Below the pieces are notes generated by a model. It saw nothing but the letters and a program-made list of their open reading frames with translations, was not told the DNA's origin and made no database searches. A DNA stretch of 64,000 bases from NCBI RefSeq assembly GCF_964204645.1, contig NC_134036.1:9341859-9405858 (forward strand), written 5' to 3'. The position numbers and the translations under genes were made by a program. The DNA comes from Tubulanus polymorphus. Lineage: Eukaryota; Animalia; Nemertea. Below, piece by piece: positions 50,390-64,000 of this stretch; within the stretch, counting starts at the first letter, position 1; every line of letters starts with the position of its first letter.

Positions 50390-53300
50390 TCATGTCCTAC
50401 AATTCTACATTCAGTTATGTGGCATATAAAACCCATCATATCTGGACACTACCTAATCATAAAATGATTTTACTATTTATGTCTATTACTACATATGTCC
50501 TACAATTCTATATATACAATTCTATATCGCTGGCATATAAAACCCTTCATATTGGCACATTTCGTAATGATGAAGTGATTTTACTATTTTTATATGTCCT
50601 ACAAATCTATAATTAGTTAGGCAGCATAGAAAACTCGACTCGTAAGAAACTACCTACGGTAATCATAAAGCATTTTACTATTTATATATGTCTTACAATA
50701 CTGCATCAGCTAAGTGCAGTACAAATTTATATTCAGTTAGGTGGCATATAAAACTATCATATCAGGGCGCTATTTGTGGATGTCTTACAATTCTACATTC
50801 AGTTGCGTGGCATATAAACCCACGGCATCAGGACACTGCCTGATAATTTTACTATTCGTATATTTCCTACAAATCTACATACATTTTAAGTGGCGTATAA
50901 AACCATTCATATTAGGACAATGGACACTCTCTAATTATGAAGTGATTTTACTATTTATATATGTCCTACAATTCTACCTTCAGTTAAGTGGCATATAAAA
51001 CCCTTTATATTGGGACACTCTCTAATGATGAAGTGATTTTACTATTTATATATGTCCTACAATTCTACCTTCAGTTAAGTGGAATATAAAACCCTTTATA
51101 TTGGGACACTCTCTAATGATGAAGTGATTTTACTATTTATATATGTCCTACAATTCTACCTTCAGTTAAGTGGAATATAAAACCCTTTATATTGGGACAC
51201 TCTCTAATTATGAAGTGATTTTACTATTCATATATGTCCTACAATTCTACATTCAGTTAAGTGGCATATAAAACCCTTTATATTGGGACACTCTCTAATG
51301 ATGAAGTGATTTTACTATTTATATATGTCCTACAATTCTACATTCAGTTAAGTGGAATATAAAACCCTTTATATTGGGACACTCTCTAATGATGAAGTGA
51401 TTTTACTATTTATATATGTCCTACAATTCTACCTTCAGTTAAGTGGCATATAAAGCCCTTTATATTGGGACACTCTCTAATGATGAAGTGATTTTACTAT
51501 TTATATATGTCCTACAATTCTACCTTCAGTTAAGTGGAATATAAAACCCTTTATATTGGGACACTCTCTAATGATGAAGTGATTTTACTATTTATATATG
51601 TCCTACAATTCTACCTTCAGTTAAGTGGAATATAAAACCCTTTATATTGGGACACTCTAATTATGAAGTGATTTTACTATTTATGTATGCCCTACAATTC
51701 TTTAATCAGTTTCGCAACATATAGAACTCATCATCAAATTTATATTCATTTAGGGGGTATTTAAAACTATTCATGTCAGGACACTACCGAATCCTGAAAT
51801 GATTTTACTATTTGTGTAGGTCCTACAATTGTACATGATCAGTTGCGTGGCATATAAAACCTACGGCATCAGGACACTGCCTAATGATTTTACTATTCGT
51901 ACATGTCCTACAAATCTACATACATTTTAAGTGGCGTATAAAACCATCCATATTAGGACAATGGATAATCATGCCATTATTTTACTATTTGATTATGTCC
52001 TGCAATTCTACATCCAATTAAGTGGCACATATATCGGGACACTGCCTAATCGTGAAGTGATTTCACTATTTATATATGTCTTACAATTCTACATCCAGTT
52101 AAATGTCATATGAAAAAAATCGTTCATACCTATTGGGACACTCTCTAATTATGAAGTGATTTTACTATTCGTATATGTCCTACAATTCTACATACATTTA
52201 AGTTGCGTATAAAACCATTAGTGTCAGGACACTAGATAATCATGGCGTTATTTCACTATTTAAATATGCCCTGCAATTCTACATTCAAGTAAGTGGCATA
52301 TAAAAACATTAAAATCCGGACACTACCCAATCATGCAGTAATATTATTTATCAAAAATCCATAGGAGCAAAAACAATACAAATCTCATTTTCTAATGAGT
52401 AATATATATTTATTATAGTAAACGTTTTCGGGAGTTACATTATCCCCTCTTCAGGCATAGCGCGCAAGTGATTAAATTTTCATATAATACGTTTTTAGAT
52501 AATTAACTACTAGTCAAATATATTCACTCAGTAATTTAGATTGTGTATAATTAATTATCTTTATATTGTAATCATCTTGTCACTCAGTTAATTGAAATTG
52601 TTTGTAATTAGCTTCGTCCTATTCTATATAAATACCAGTATGATATGAACATTTAATCACTTGCGCGCTATGCCTGAAGAGGGGATAATGTTACTCCGGA
52701 AAACGTTCGCTACAATAAATATATATTACTCATTACAAAATGCGATTTGTATGGTTTTTGCTCCTATGGATTTTTAATTATCTTGACCCTCTACCTAAGA
52801 ACTAATATTATTTATATATGTCCTGTAATTCTACATTACGCTGCGTGGCATACAAAAGCATATCAGGACACTGCCTAATCATGAAATGATTTTACTATTC
52901 ATATATGTCCTACAAATTTACATACATTTAAGTGGCGTATAAAAACCCTTCGTATCAGCCCACTAGATAATCGCGACGTTATTTTACTATTCATTATGTC
53001 CCGCAATTCTACATTCAGTAAAGTGGCATATAAAACCCACCATATCTGGACACTCCCTAATGATGAAGTGATTTTACTATTTATATATGTCCTACAATTC
53101 TACATGCAGTAAAATAGCATATAAAACCCATCATATCACACACTACCTAATTATGAAGTGATTTTACTAATTGTATCTACACATCTACATTCAGTTTATT
53201 GGCATATAAAACTATTCATATCTGGACACTACCTAATCATAGAGTTATTATAATATTCATATTACACACTACCTAATTATGAAGTGATTTTACTAATTGT

Positions 53301-53470
53301 ATCTACACATCTACATTCAGTTTATTGGCATATAAAACTATTCATATCTGGACACTACCTAGTCACAGAGTTATTATAATATTCATGTCCCCCAATTATG
53401 CATTCATTTAAGTGGCATATAAAATCAATTATATCAAGACACTACGTAATCATGACGTGATTTTACTACA
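50390..53470 (+). repeat. 91-bp satellite array inside element B; homogeneous core ~50920-51700 with diverged flanks
   Basis: TGGGACACTCTCTAATGATGAAGTGATTTTACTATTTATATATGTCCTACAATTCTACCTTCAGTTAAGTGG.ATATAAAACCCTTTATAT recurs at 51011, 51102, 51193 and onward. Confidence 0.93.
52352..52802 (+). mobile_element. Penelope-like inverted-repeat insertion with hammerhead-ribozyme core and 13-bp TSD
   Basis: Arms 52353-52484 and 52643-52775; CTGAAGA GGGG..CTCC GGAAAAC at 52674-52704; TAATATTATTTAT at 52339-52351 and 52803-52815. Confidence 0.7.
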
Positions 53471-55132
53471 GTCAATCTTGGTGTTTGCCTATCACTCAGG
53501 ACTCGGCTTTTTAGTATAGATTAGGTGATGTACGGATACAAGATAACCCATAGTTCTACTAATGAATTATCAACCATATAAACTGATTTAAGTGCATAAC
53601 CAGTACAATAGCCGGTTTACAGATGTTTAGATTGTCTACGTAAACTCTTGAACTTAAACTACTATCACACTTGAAAGCAATACGAAATACCAGCCATCAT
53701 TAAATGGAGAAGCTTTAGACTTAGACATTGAGCGATTACTTCTAAGTTACTCATATTTCCCACTGACCTCAATTACTAAATTAGTTGTTAATATTCTTTT
53801 CACTACAGATGTAGGTCTACGTTCCCGACAACTGATACGGGTTACATACATAGTCTAACATAGAAATGGAGAATGGGTCTACGAATTATTGAGTACAAAT
53901 TAGACACACAGGGAATGGAAGCAATATATTGTAAGAACAAGCACTTATAATGATAAAGCGGGGATGGCATAGCCGAGGTTGACTGTATTCTATTTGTTCC
54001 CTGGTACTAACTACAGATAAGGAAAAAACCTTCCTATCTGAATACTGCCTGATAACAAAATGATTTTCATGATTATGCAATATGGCCTACAATTCTATTA
54101 AGCATATCAAGCGTATTTGTTTGTATCATTAAATATCCCATAAATGGTTTCTGACAATGACAACTACTTTTGAGTTTATCAAGTCGGCAAACCATGGTTT
54201 TGATGATTTCAAAATATCAATGCAATACATACTTCGGACAATAAACAGTAATGATACACTTGTATTGATCTAATCAAAGAATGAAGTCCATCTCTATTCG
54301 ATTTACATAAAAAAGAATTCCTTCAATGCAGTGTATGTAAAACGAATAAAGAATCGACGGTTAAGTTCAAAGCACGTGCTGGTCGTTTTAAGGCATGTAC
54401 CTCTAAAGCAGAGTACATAATGGTACCCTTCGTCCATTTAAAAAAGTTGAAATATACTGCATTTGGCCTATGGATAAATGTCTCCAATGATGTTACATGT
54501 AAAAAGGACATGCAAGATCGGCAAACTAATAAAGAAAGCTTACCTTTTTCCTTTTTGGCTAGGCTTAGACTCAATGTTCTCGCATCACCGCGAATAGTAA
54601 CTGGACATGCGCATTGACCTATCGGTCGAGTTCATTGTTTGCTGTAGGAGATGAACCCTACCGAACCTCGAAGCAAAGGATTATTTTAATTGCCCAATGA
54701 ATTTCATATGAACAATGTGTTGAGAACACGCGTTTTTGGAAAAAAATATATCTTAATGTTCTTGAAGATTCTTGCAGTTTGTAAGTGTAAATCATATACA
54801 CACTACACAGCCGTACACCCTGCTCTGCTCTGTATGGGCTCTCCCGAACTTCCGGAGTTCTGCCAGGTGATGGTTTCTCCTAACTTCTGACGTAGAAAAA
54901 GGGGCGGAGCTTATCTGTTCTAACCGTCAGATGGGGCTGCTGTATTGCTTTATATATAAATATCTTTGTCAGACCCGATTACGCCTACGACTGCAAGTGG
55001 GTGATTGAACAATTTTCTGAGCGTTTGCAAGGTGTAACAATTACGGGACACTTTGTATGCCCCGTAATTTTTCACCACCCCGCAACAAGGAAATTAAAAA
55101 GACAAACGCCCCGTTAATCGTACATTATCTTA

Positions 55133-55133
<1 letters not shown>

Positions 55134-55215
<82 letters not shown>
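55134..55215. repeat. (TA)41 microsatellite at the 5' end of element B
   Basis: Directly visible. Confidence 0.98.
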
Positions 55216-55223
<8 letters not shown>

Positions 55224-55469
55224 ATAAGTCAACAAGGTGTAATGACGATATGACATATAATCTCATTAATTATTATTATAATCATGTATATTGAAATGTA
55301 TGAACTATGACTTTTAATATCTGTTATTCTGACTTTGGATTTCATCAAATGAACCCAATCTGCAATTAAAGATTCACACTCGTATTTTCATTGGATTTTC
55401 AGGAATTTCAGGATCACAAAACATAATTATAACCGCGGTGGTTCATCCCAAAAACCTCCGCATTAAATA

Positions 55470-55865
55470 GCCTCGTCATTCCACCAGCATCCCCATGCCA
55501 GGGTCTTACTTTTATATGAGACTTCCACACCGTGTATACATCCGCCATTTTGACCGAATAATCCGATTTACTTATCACTTATTTTTGTGCTGGCCGCTTC
55601 TGATATGATCATACATCCTTTACTATTACAATACGTCTTCTGCTGATATTCAATGCAATATAATATTTCGAAGTTCAAATATAGGTCATTATATAATCAC
55701 AGGATGACATTCTGCATCTTTCTCAATAACATTTTGCCAAATAGCTTGAATGTGCACACATAGACCTGTGACGTTCTGCACATTGATTTACGGTTGTGAT
55801 TTGACGCTAGATTGTTAACATTGCTTAGGATTCATAATGGTAACGTTTTATAAGGCGTCACAAAG
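55470..55865 (+). repeat. Dispersed ~400-bp repeat; second copy at ~62742-63137
   Basis: Shared TATACATCCGCCATTTT.ACCGAATAATCCGATTTACTTATCA..CTTCTGATATGATCATACATCCTTTTACTATTACAATACGTCTTCT..TTTTATAAGGCGTCA. Confidence 0.85.
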
Positions 55866-58144
55866 TGACCGTATTGGTGGATGTTTACCCAAGCTCACAA
55901 GAGTCTATTGCTGCAGGAGAGTAAGGTATTTAACATGGGCTACAGGGCACAGAATGTTTATTTGCGGTATGTGAGAGCGTCAGAAATTATAGTTACAACG
56001 GCATCAGTCACATTCTCCTATCACTTACTACTCCTTAATATAGATTTGCGATTCTACATTACTTATTAAGTACTGACTTTTGAGAAAATAACGTAGTTTA
56101 GAAACCATTGAAAAAGTAGCTGTATGTAGGTAGGGATAGTCGGATAAAGAATGCATACCTAAATCCTTTTGTTTGCATTTTTTCTACATCCGAGGCCACA
56201 AATCTATCGAGATCAGTCAGAAGAAAATACAATGAGAAGGGCCGCAGCAATTATCGACATCATGCACCCGTCTCAACCTGTGGTTCGATTCTTGCAGTAA
56301 CGCGTGACATTATTTACGAACTAATAATTACCTGATATGTATATAATGTAACTGGTCAGTGGATACTATAAATTTTTGAATTTTGCATTGTAAACTTTGT
56401 TTACGAATAAAATATATATAAACAGCTGAAATGATTGAAATTGTCAATATACAAAGTGTGGCCATGGTTATCATATCATAATATCACCTTCATATTTTTC
56501 TTTTCAATTTTCATATACTGAAATATCATCATTACCGCTTATACACTGATCTACATAACACAGGTTTACATGAATACATATTTCAGTACATGTGAATAGA
56601 TGAATATCAATAGATCACTAAATGTATTTATTTCACACCATGTGTAACATAAATAGAGTGGGTGGAACAGTAAAAAGCCGAAGCTTGTAAGACCCTAAAC
56701 CCTTCCCCAAGCCATGTTTTCACTGCCATACAACAATCACAAAACACAATCACACAACATATTCACGTTTGCGTTCTGCGACTTCGCGTAGGTCCCGCGC
56801 GGTTTCGCCATCGGAGTTTGGCCGATACATCCAGGAAGAAAGCCACTAAATATTTGGATGGATATATGAAAGCTGTGGGTACTGGAGTGTGTAATGGGTA
56901 GTGTAGTGTGATCTGTGTGCATTTGTGGCCAGCACACAGATCACATTGTTCATTGGGGTTTAGTCCAGGACTCGCGAGATTTTCAACAACACGGAAGTAA
57001 CGTGTAATAAATGATGACTTGAATTGCATGACTACCTACCACCCCTCATTATTGTTGGATAAGTAAACGTTCCGCACTGACTAAAAATTAGTAATAATAA
57101 TTAATAACATTTTAGAAATGGCCAGAATTTTAACTAAGGTTCTATCTCATTTTTTTATTTTACAATTGCGATTTTTTAAACGGCCGTTAAGGCTTCATGT
57201 TTCGTCTGCAATTCACTGCAAATAGTTACGCAACTACGCACATTTCAATGTTTTTGGCAGCTGTACACTCAATCGGCACCGTTCGTGACTAGCTTCACTG
57301 CGGAATTATCATTAATTAACATCGCCATACCACATCATCAACTTATATTGTGCCTTAAAACCCTAACAGCGGAAATAATTGAAATGCACACACGATTTCT
57401 ACCATTAAAAATTGAGAGAGTGGCCGAGTTTGTGTTCTGCTGCTTCGCGTAAATCCCGCGCGGTGGCGCAACCGCGCGGAGTGGGGCCGATATGTCCAGT
57501 GATAAAAATAGTTTACTGTGTTTTACAACAGAGATGACTGAAAGGCACTTGTAGTTATAGGCTAGGAGTAGATTATACCAATGTGGCTTCTTACATTGCG
57601 TAATGAAGTTCATATGTTTGTGATATCAGTTAGCTTGATCCGTTTAAAATCATGTATGTATTATCTATATACTCTGAAAGATAATAGACATGGCAAATGT
57701 CTTGGTATTTCTCGACAATCGGAATCTGACATTGTATTTTCTTATGAAATAATTCCTAAAATTACATCCTGGCTCCTGCAAGAAGTTCCAAAATATATTC
57801 TAACGAACAATTCATCTCAAATATTCTTTTTTTATCAATCATCATTCGAATGGTTAAAGCGTTCTGATTTCTATTCGGATTGTTTTCTCAGAATATCTCT
57901 GACAACCATGAACGAATTAATTTCATAGCAAAAGAAGTATCCGTGTGAAACGGCTGTTGGATGTTTCAGTAAAGTTTCCGGACCAACGAAAATTATGAAT
58001 GACGAAATTCTACATTCCTCACAAGGAAGAATAATTCGACGCTGATCGATTTTTGCATGAGATTTTATTTATTCACTCCATTTAACTTAACCATTGCTTA
58101 TGTTGCCATAACACATGATACAACTTCTGCATTTAATGATGTTT

Positions 58145-61100
58145 TTATCGGACGAATATTGCAATCTGCTCAGCTTCCTGCAAATCATCATTTGCTGAAA
58201 TCGATTCAACAGTTACCTAATCTTAATACATATTTGCAAATATTTTCAGACAAATGACTGGCTTTTATTGGATAAACCGAATTTAGATACTATCATGAGA
58301 TTCTAGTTGTGAAATGCTTACGTGACACTTCGGAATTTGGCGCGTAGTAGAAATTTGGCCTTCCGTTAGCCTGGTCGTATGAGCAACCGTCATTTGAATC
58401 ATCATGGACGTCGGCAACTACCATCCACAGACGATCATTCTCACACCCTCCGTAATTACGATTAATGAAAAATCGTCTATTCAAATATGTCCTAACACTG
58501 AAATACATAAATTTAGTTAAGTGTTTTATATAACTACACAGCCTATTACAAGACAACCTATCAGGGCTGTACAATATGTTTTATGATACCCCATGCTCCG
58601 TGAGAATAAAACACCGAACTAGGTTTGCAGCAAAATAAAGAAGATTGTGTGATTGATTGATGAAAGGTCATTTATTTACATAAATGACGGAAATGCGAAT
58701 ATTCCAGATTAAAACAAGATTTTGCAAAAAGGGTGGCCAAAAAGTGCCACATAATACAGAGAATAATAATACAGAGTCACAATAAATGTTATAGAATCCA
58801 CCGCGAAAGTCTCGGAAAGCAGTTTACACATCGAATTCCAAAAAAAGGATGGGACATAAGGGTGGGTTATTTAATAAAACATATGCGTCTAGGAAACTCA
58901 GACGGACTGAATCGCCACGAGGTTACTCAGTGGGCGGAGTTCAACAAGTGATAAGACACGTGTTAGATCACGTAATAGATAAACTACGCTGGCTCTCATA
59001 AAACATTTTATTTCCTAACGTAAATAAAATTCCTTTATGGAGTGTCCACTGTAACGACCTATGCACACCACCAACCGACAACAGCACCGACAGGAAACAC
59101 ACACAACCTGTAGATAAGGTAAACTAAAAACTTTATTGCTACAACGACAAATTATTTCCGTGGCCGTGACAATGCAACAATCCTACGATATAAATATGAG
59201 TAATGCATGTAAATACACAAATAGGCCTAAATATATACTACTAAACATTCACAATGCGTGCAATACTATAGTTTCAGAATATCATTTTCACATACAAATT
59301 CACCATTATTCCCTGCTATAACTCGCGAGTGAGGCGAGATGGAGATCACAACAGAAAAACATATGGTGACGAACATGTAGTGCAAATATAGTAATAAGCG
59401 TATTCATTGACAAGCAGGGAAATTACTCACTCTCCTCGAATCGAAAAATAATGAGTTGTTGATTCCTTTGTTAAATCGGTCCAACCACTTCCTATCAATC
59501 GCTCCTTGTTGAACCAATCGGTCATTGAGGAACCTGTTCCATTAAATCTGACATAGGCAACTGTTTTTCCAGCCTGATAGAATTCTACTTGTACCTAGAT
59601 AGATGTAGTTTTAGTGTAAGTATCATTGCAATCATTTAATAGTTTATTAATTGATGTTTATCTTATATATGTAAATCCAAATGGTGCTACAGAAATTTCA
59701 CCGACACCAAATAATGGAGTTGCTCACTTCATTAACAACCATTTTGTTCCATGCATCAACATCGGGACTTTTCCAAACACAGTTACATTTTATCCACGGC
59801 TCGGGTCTACTGGGAGGGCATTGTGCATTGTATGGTTCCACCCACGCATTATAAACACCTTTATTAGTGCCTTCACTGGCAACAAACACCAGTCTCCAAG
59901 GGTCATCACCGTACGTAGATTCGCCAATTAGTACAATTGGTTTAACTTAAACATAAGCATGTATATAGAGCCAGAAATACGGAATTTTACTAAACAAACA
60001 ATTTTGAAATAGTAATGTATTTTATTCTTACTTACCGCATGATGCTCGGGTCACTAAAATAATAAAGGTAACAACGGGTTATCGAATGACACACACTATC
60101 ATGCAACATGATATAAAGAGAATGTTACCATTAACGGGCACTATTATATAAATAACGTCGTAAAGGCTCAGACACACTGGGCGATTTATTCGGCCGACTC
60201 AATCGCCCGATGATTTCCTCACCGATGTGATTGCCTGGAGTAGCAGGCACACTAGGCGATTTCGTCATCAGCGACGAAATCTAACATGTTCGATTCCGGC
60301 GATTACCGCGATCGACTCAAGGTTGAGGTGATCATCAATCGCAGACACTGACACACAAGTGATTTTAACGGCGATTTCGCCACTCAGTGTGTGTCCCCCG
60401 TTTAAAAAAATGAATTGCTCTTGGAGCCATGCATCCATTTTTCGTGGACTAATGAAACGTATTTCACCTTAACCCATTAGCACACAGGAATTGCACTATG
60501 TAGTGTCAATTACTCCTTAGAAAATTCAAGGTAAAATCCAAATTCATCACGATACCGAATAGCTCATTTGCGGTTTATTTCCATGCAGTACAAGTTAGTG
60601 TAGTAAATAGTCGAGGCTTTCATATGATATAAGATTTGATGAGGTGGGCCACAAAAATCGTGTCCTTTTGGCCCCTTATGTTGATTTATGTTTGGTATTT
60701 CGATGGCATATGTGTAGTGTATCGTAAGCTATCGGGTTCGAATCCCACTATAACCGTTTCCGTGCAACGGACGAAAAAAAGTACCTTGGCAGATTCGGGG
60801 TGTTTGAGGAGTAAGCAGATCACGATTGATAGAACACTATATCCGTGTTGACGCGATGTAGAGAGAATCCCACAATGATAAGAAAAAGTCCGAAAATGTA
60901 TCTTCGAGATAGTAGCTTATTTCAACGTTTCGACTATATCCTAATAGTCATCTTCAGAAATAATGAGACCCCTCATTTCTACTAATTTCGTAGTATCTCA
61001 TTATTCCTGAAGATGACTTTTAGGATATAGTCGAAACGTTGAAATAAACTACTATCTCGAAGTAACATTTTCGGACTTTTTCTTATCATTGTGGGATTCT

Positions 61101-63939
61101 CTCTACAGTAATAAGCAGGGCGGATACGGGTGGCTTGAGTGCTAATGGGTTAATTTTATCCGCGCTAAAGCGAATTCCGACTGCCCTTACTCCCAAGGTA
61201 GCAATCGCTGACCGAAGCATTCACATCCGAGAAATATATTGTTCTCTTAAGTCATATTCCTTCGTCTATGAAGCACTACAGCAAACGCCCGGGTTCTACT
61301 TAAGTACGAACCGATGAAATTACGAAATAACGAAACGAAATAACGAAATTAAATAATGAATGGACATTTGCTACGAGTGTGGGTACGAAACAAAATAGCC
61401 ATATTTCACACACATACTACAACCTTAGCTCGTTATGATACCAGCCACGGAATGGACCGTCAACATTTTAGCGGCACATGTTTATGATCGTTTGAGAGTA
61501 TTTTTTCTGAAATTGAAGGGTTTTTAGAGTATCCTACAATTAGGCCGAGTAGAAACGTTTGTAGGATTTTCTCAGACCCAAATGACAAATACGCTGAGCC
61601 ATCTCTACGAACTCAGACGTGGTACAGCAAATTAACTGTTGACAAGGGTCAAATTCATGGACGGTTCCATTGTTTACATGATAAGAATTCGGAATCTGTA
61701 GTGGGTGGTTGTTATATTTCCACTCTTTTTGGGCTCAAACAACATGATTTGCTTAGAAACCTGAAGTGGCCTGGGTAGCATTAATTCAAAATGAGTGTAG
61801 GAAACCAATAGAAAAGCCTAAACACTGCAGGATATGTTTTAAAGCACAGTTTCTTCTGTAACCCGTAATTAATCAATTTGTCCCATCAAGTTGTATATAG
61901 GCATTCGCGGATCACTCCCCCCGATAGGGATTCGAGCCTGATGGCCATGGCACACTCGACCGGGTGCGCAGGTTTTAAGCCAGCTTTATCAGACCTCTAC
62001 AATGTGAAAACGACGAAATTGTCAACAAGAAAATTAATTTTGACGCCTGCGTAAAGATGTAGAATTTCTGGGATAATCTAATGTGGAATTGCAAATTTGA
62101 AATCGAATTTTAAGAAATTTGGGCAATTATGAGATTTGGCGATTGGGTAGATGATACAGGTCTTGGACTGTACTGAGTAGTGGTTTGATTTTTTTATTGA
62201 AAATTGTCAATACAACTTCATTGCCTCAATGGTTGAAGAAAGAGCTCTACTGATGTCTGCTTCATCATGACTTTGAGCATACCGTGTGGCCTAGCCAGCC
62301 GGCCCGGTCCCGCGGGCCCGGTTTGGCTGTCACTCGATATCTTATCTTGAGTCTGGGTTGAAGTAGACATTGTCATTTGAAATAAATTGTTTATGTTATT
62401 CTGTATGAATTACACGTGTGTCTTGTATGTTGTATTTTCTTATTTTAAAATTTGTAACTTTATTAAATTTGGGAATTTTATCCCGGAATTTCAATATAAT
62501 AAGGATCAATAAAGAATTGAATTGAATTGTCACCTAATACACATGCCATTAGAGGACGCGGGGCCGTATATGACAGCTATGCTATTATACATTGCTAATC
62601 TCATGAATCCTACATACCCCTAATATCGAACATATTTTCTAAAACATTTGAATATTTAAATTATATGTTTACACATTTTTATATAGACCGCTTGTAGCCG
62701 CTGATGAAATTCACGCCGGCTCTATACAGATTGTAGATAGCTTCATCATTCCAACAGCAACCCCATGTCAGGGTCTGACTTTTATATTAGACTCCCGTAT
62801 CGTATATACATCCGCCATTTAACCGAATAATCCGATTTACTTATCATTTCTATTTATGCCTGCCGCTTCTGATATGATCATACATCCTTTACTATTACAA
62901 TACGTCTTCTAATGATATTCAATGCAATATAACATTTCCACGTTCAAATAGAGCTCATTATATAATCACAGGAATCCATTCTACATCTGTGTCAATAATA
63001 TTTTGCCAGATAGCTTGTACGTGTACACATAGACCTGTGACGTTTTGCACATCGATTTACGGTTGTCGTTTGTAAAATGACGCTGAATGGTTAACATTGT
63101 TTAGGTTTTATAATGGTAATGTTTTATAAGGCGTCAAAAAATTGACAATTTCGTCGTATTTCAATTCAAACTTTAGCAGAAAGAATGGCCATTTCGTAAT
63201 TTCTTTACGTATTTCGTTTTGGACTTCACATACGTAATCTTAAAATGGTTAATGAAAGCCACAATAAATGGCTGTCGGAATCAAGTGATGTTTTTATTGA
63301 GTATTCGTGGTTTACTTCCAAAGCTATTGTAGATAAGAAAACATATGTGCAATATGCCAACGATAAGTTTATGAAACTGCCATCGGGGGACAATGAAAGC
63401 ACTATTTTTTCAGTACCCTCAAAGCAATTTTGACAATACTTGTTACATCACCACGTCTTACGTAGTAGCCCTTATGGCTCTACATATCCAAGATATGTTG
63501 ATACTACGTTGTGCTCCTTTTAAATAGCCATATGTTATCAACTGATGGGATTGATTTCGATGAAATCTTGTTACACTTTCCGGTGCAACATTGAAGCCAG
63601 TCAGGCAGTAACCCGTTATCGCTGCTTTGCAGCTACATTTTGTTAATTCATTTTTCTTTTTACCTAATTCAACATTCTGCTCCTCTGTGAAATAAATGCT
63701 GGATCCGCAGAAGCAAAAGTGCCAGATTTTTTAAAATTGAAAATTCGATTCAATTTTCAATTTCATTTTTGATGACTGGCACAATAACTCATAGATCATA
63801 TAGCAACAATTAAAACGAAATTGTTACAATGTGCGTTAGACACTGGCCCGGTAGATTAAAACTTACCGTCGTAAGTCTGCGCTGCCCTGCATAACATCAC
63901 TAACGGCAGAATGGCCACCAGCTTTATGAAATAATGCAT
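58145..63939 (-). CDS. Host gene: uncharacterised secreted protein, ~232 aa; exons 63939-63867, 60053-60036, 59945-59728, 59594-59431, 58497-58322, 58194-58145
   Basis: Signal peptide MHYFIKLVAILPLVMLCRA; domain WRLVF..G..VY.AW..KS..VD.W..V.VEFY..G..F NGTGS..WF..RL..SGW.DL..FSI.G..RRFFINRNYGGCEND..W.VV.D..AIF. GT-AG junctions; 699 nt open frame. Confidence 0.85.
60857..61107 (+). mobile_element. Penelope-like palindrome with hammerhead-ribozyme core in the host gene's first intron
   Basis: ~110-bp inverted arms; CTGAAGA TGACT..AGTC GAAACGTT at 61007-61040 and its reverse complement in the left arm. Confidence 0.75.
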
Positions 63940-64000
63940 CTGGAAGAGAACAAAATTAATAAGACTTTGGTTAAAACAATCAATCTTAACCTTTTGAATG

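Noticed and set aside
50269-52113. Hydrophobic ORFs of 60-115 aa
   Set aside because: Translations of the AT-rich 91-bp satellite.
60700-61990. tRNA genes (B-box-like GGTTCGAATCC at 60735 and reverse GGCTCGAATCC at ~61930)
   Set aside because: No cloverleaf could be built; at most degenerate SINE heads.

Overview
Eukaryotic, intron-rich animal genomic DNA (marine invertebrate or lophotrochozoan-like, by inference) made mostly of nested mobile elements. 1-4442: decayed Polinton/adintovirus-type protein-primed DNA polymerase B (minus strand) carrying a giant-virus-type intein with a LAGLIDADG homing endonuclease in the YxD|TDS motif; a CpG-rich island follows. 7.2-9.9 kb: spliced tnp2-type CACTA/EnSpm transposase relic. 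13.5-20.07 kb: animal EnSpm element (transposase plus SAMD3-like gene), fused by deletion to a 5'-truncated tyrosine-recombinase (Crypton-like) element A (20.07-30.47 kb). Element A lies tail-to-tail with an apparently complete 24.6-kb related element B (30575-55133), which is bounded by (TA)50 and (TA)41. Element B encodes a predicted ~31-exon, ~1620-aa protein: SET methyltransferase, a tandem array of 22-aa exons, vertnin-like OTU protease, zinc finger, tyrosine recombinase and Myb-like domain. The window also has Helentron-type non-autonomous repeats, MITEs, a 91-bp satellite, two Penelope-like hammerhead palindromes and one intact host gene for a small secreted protein (58145-63939, minus). 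All gene models and family names were made by eye; no database searches were run.
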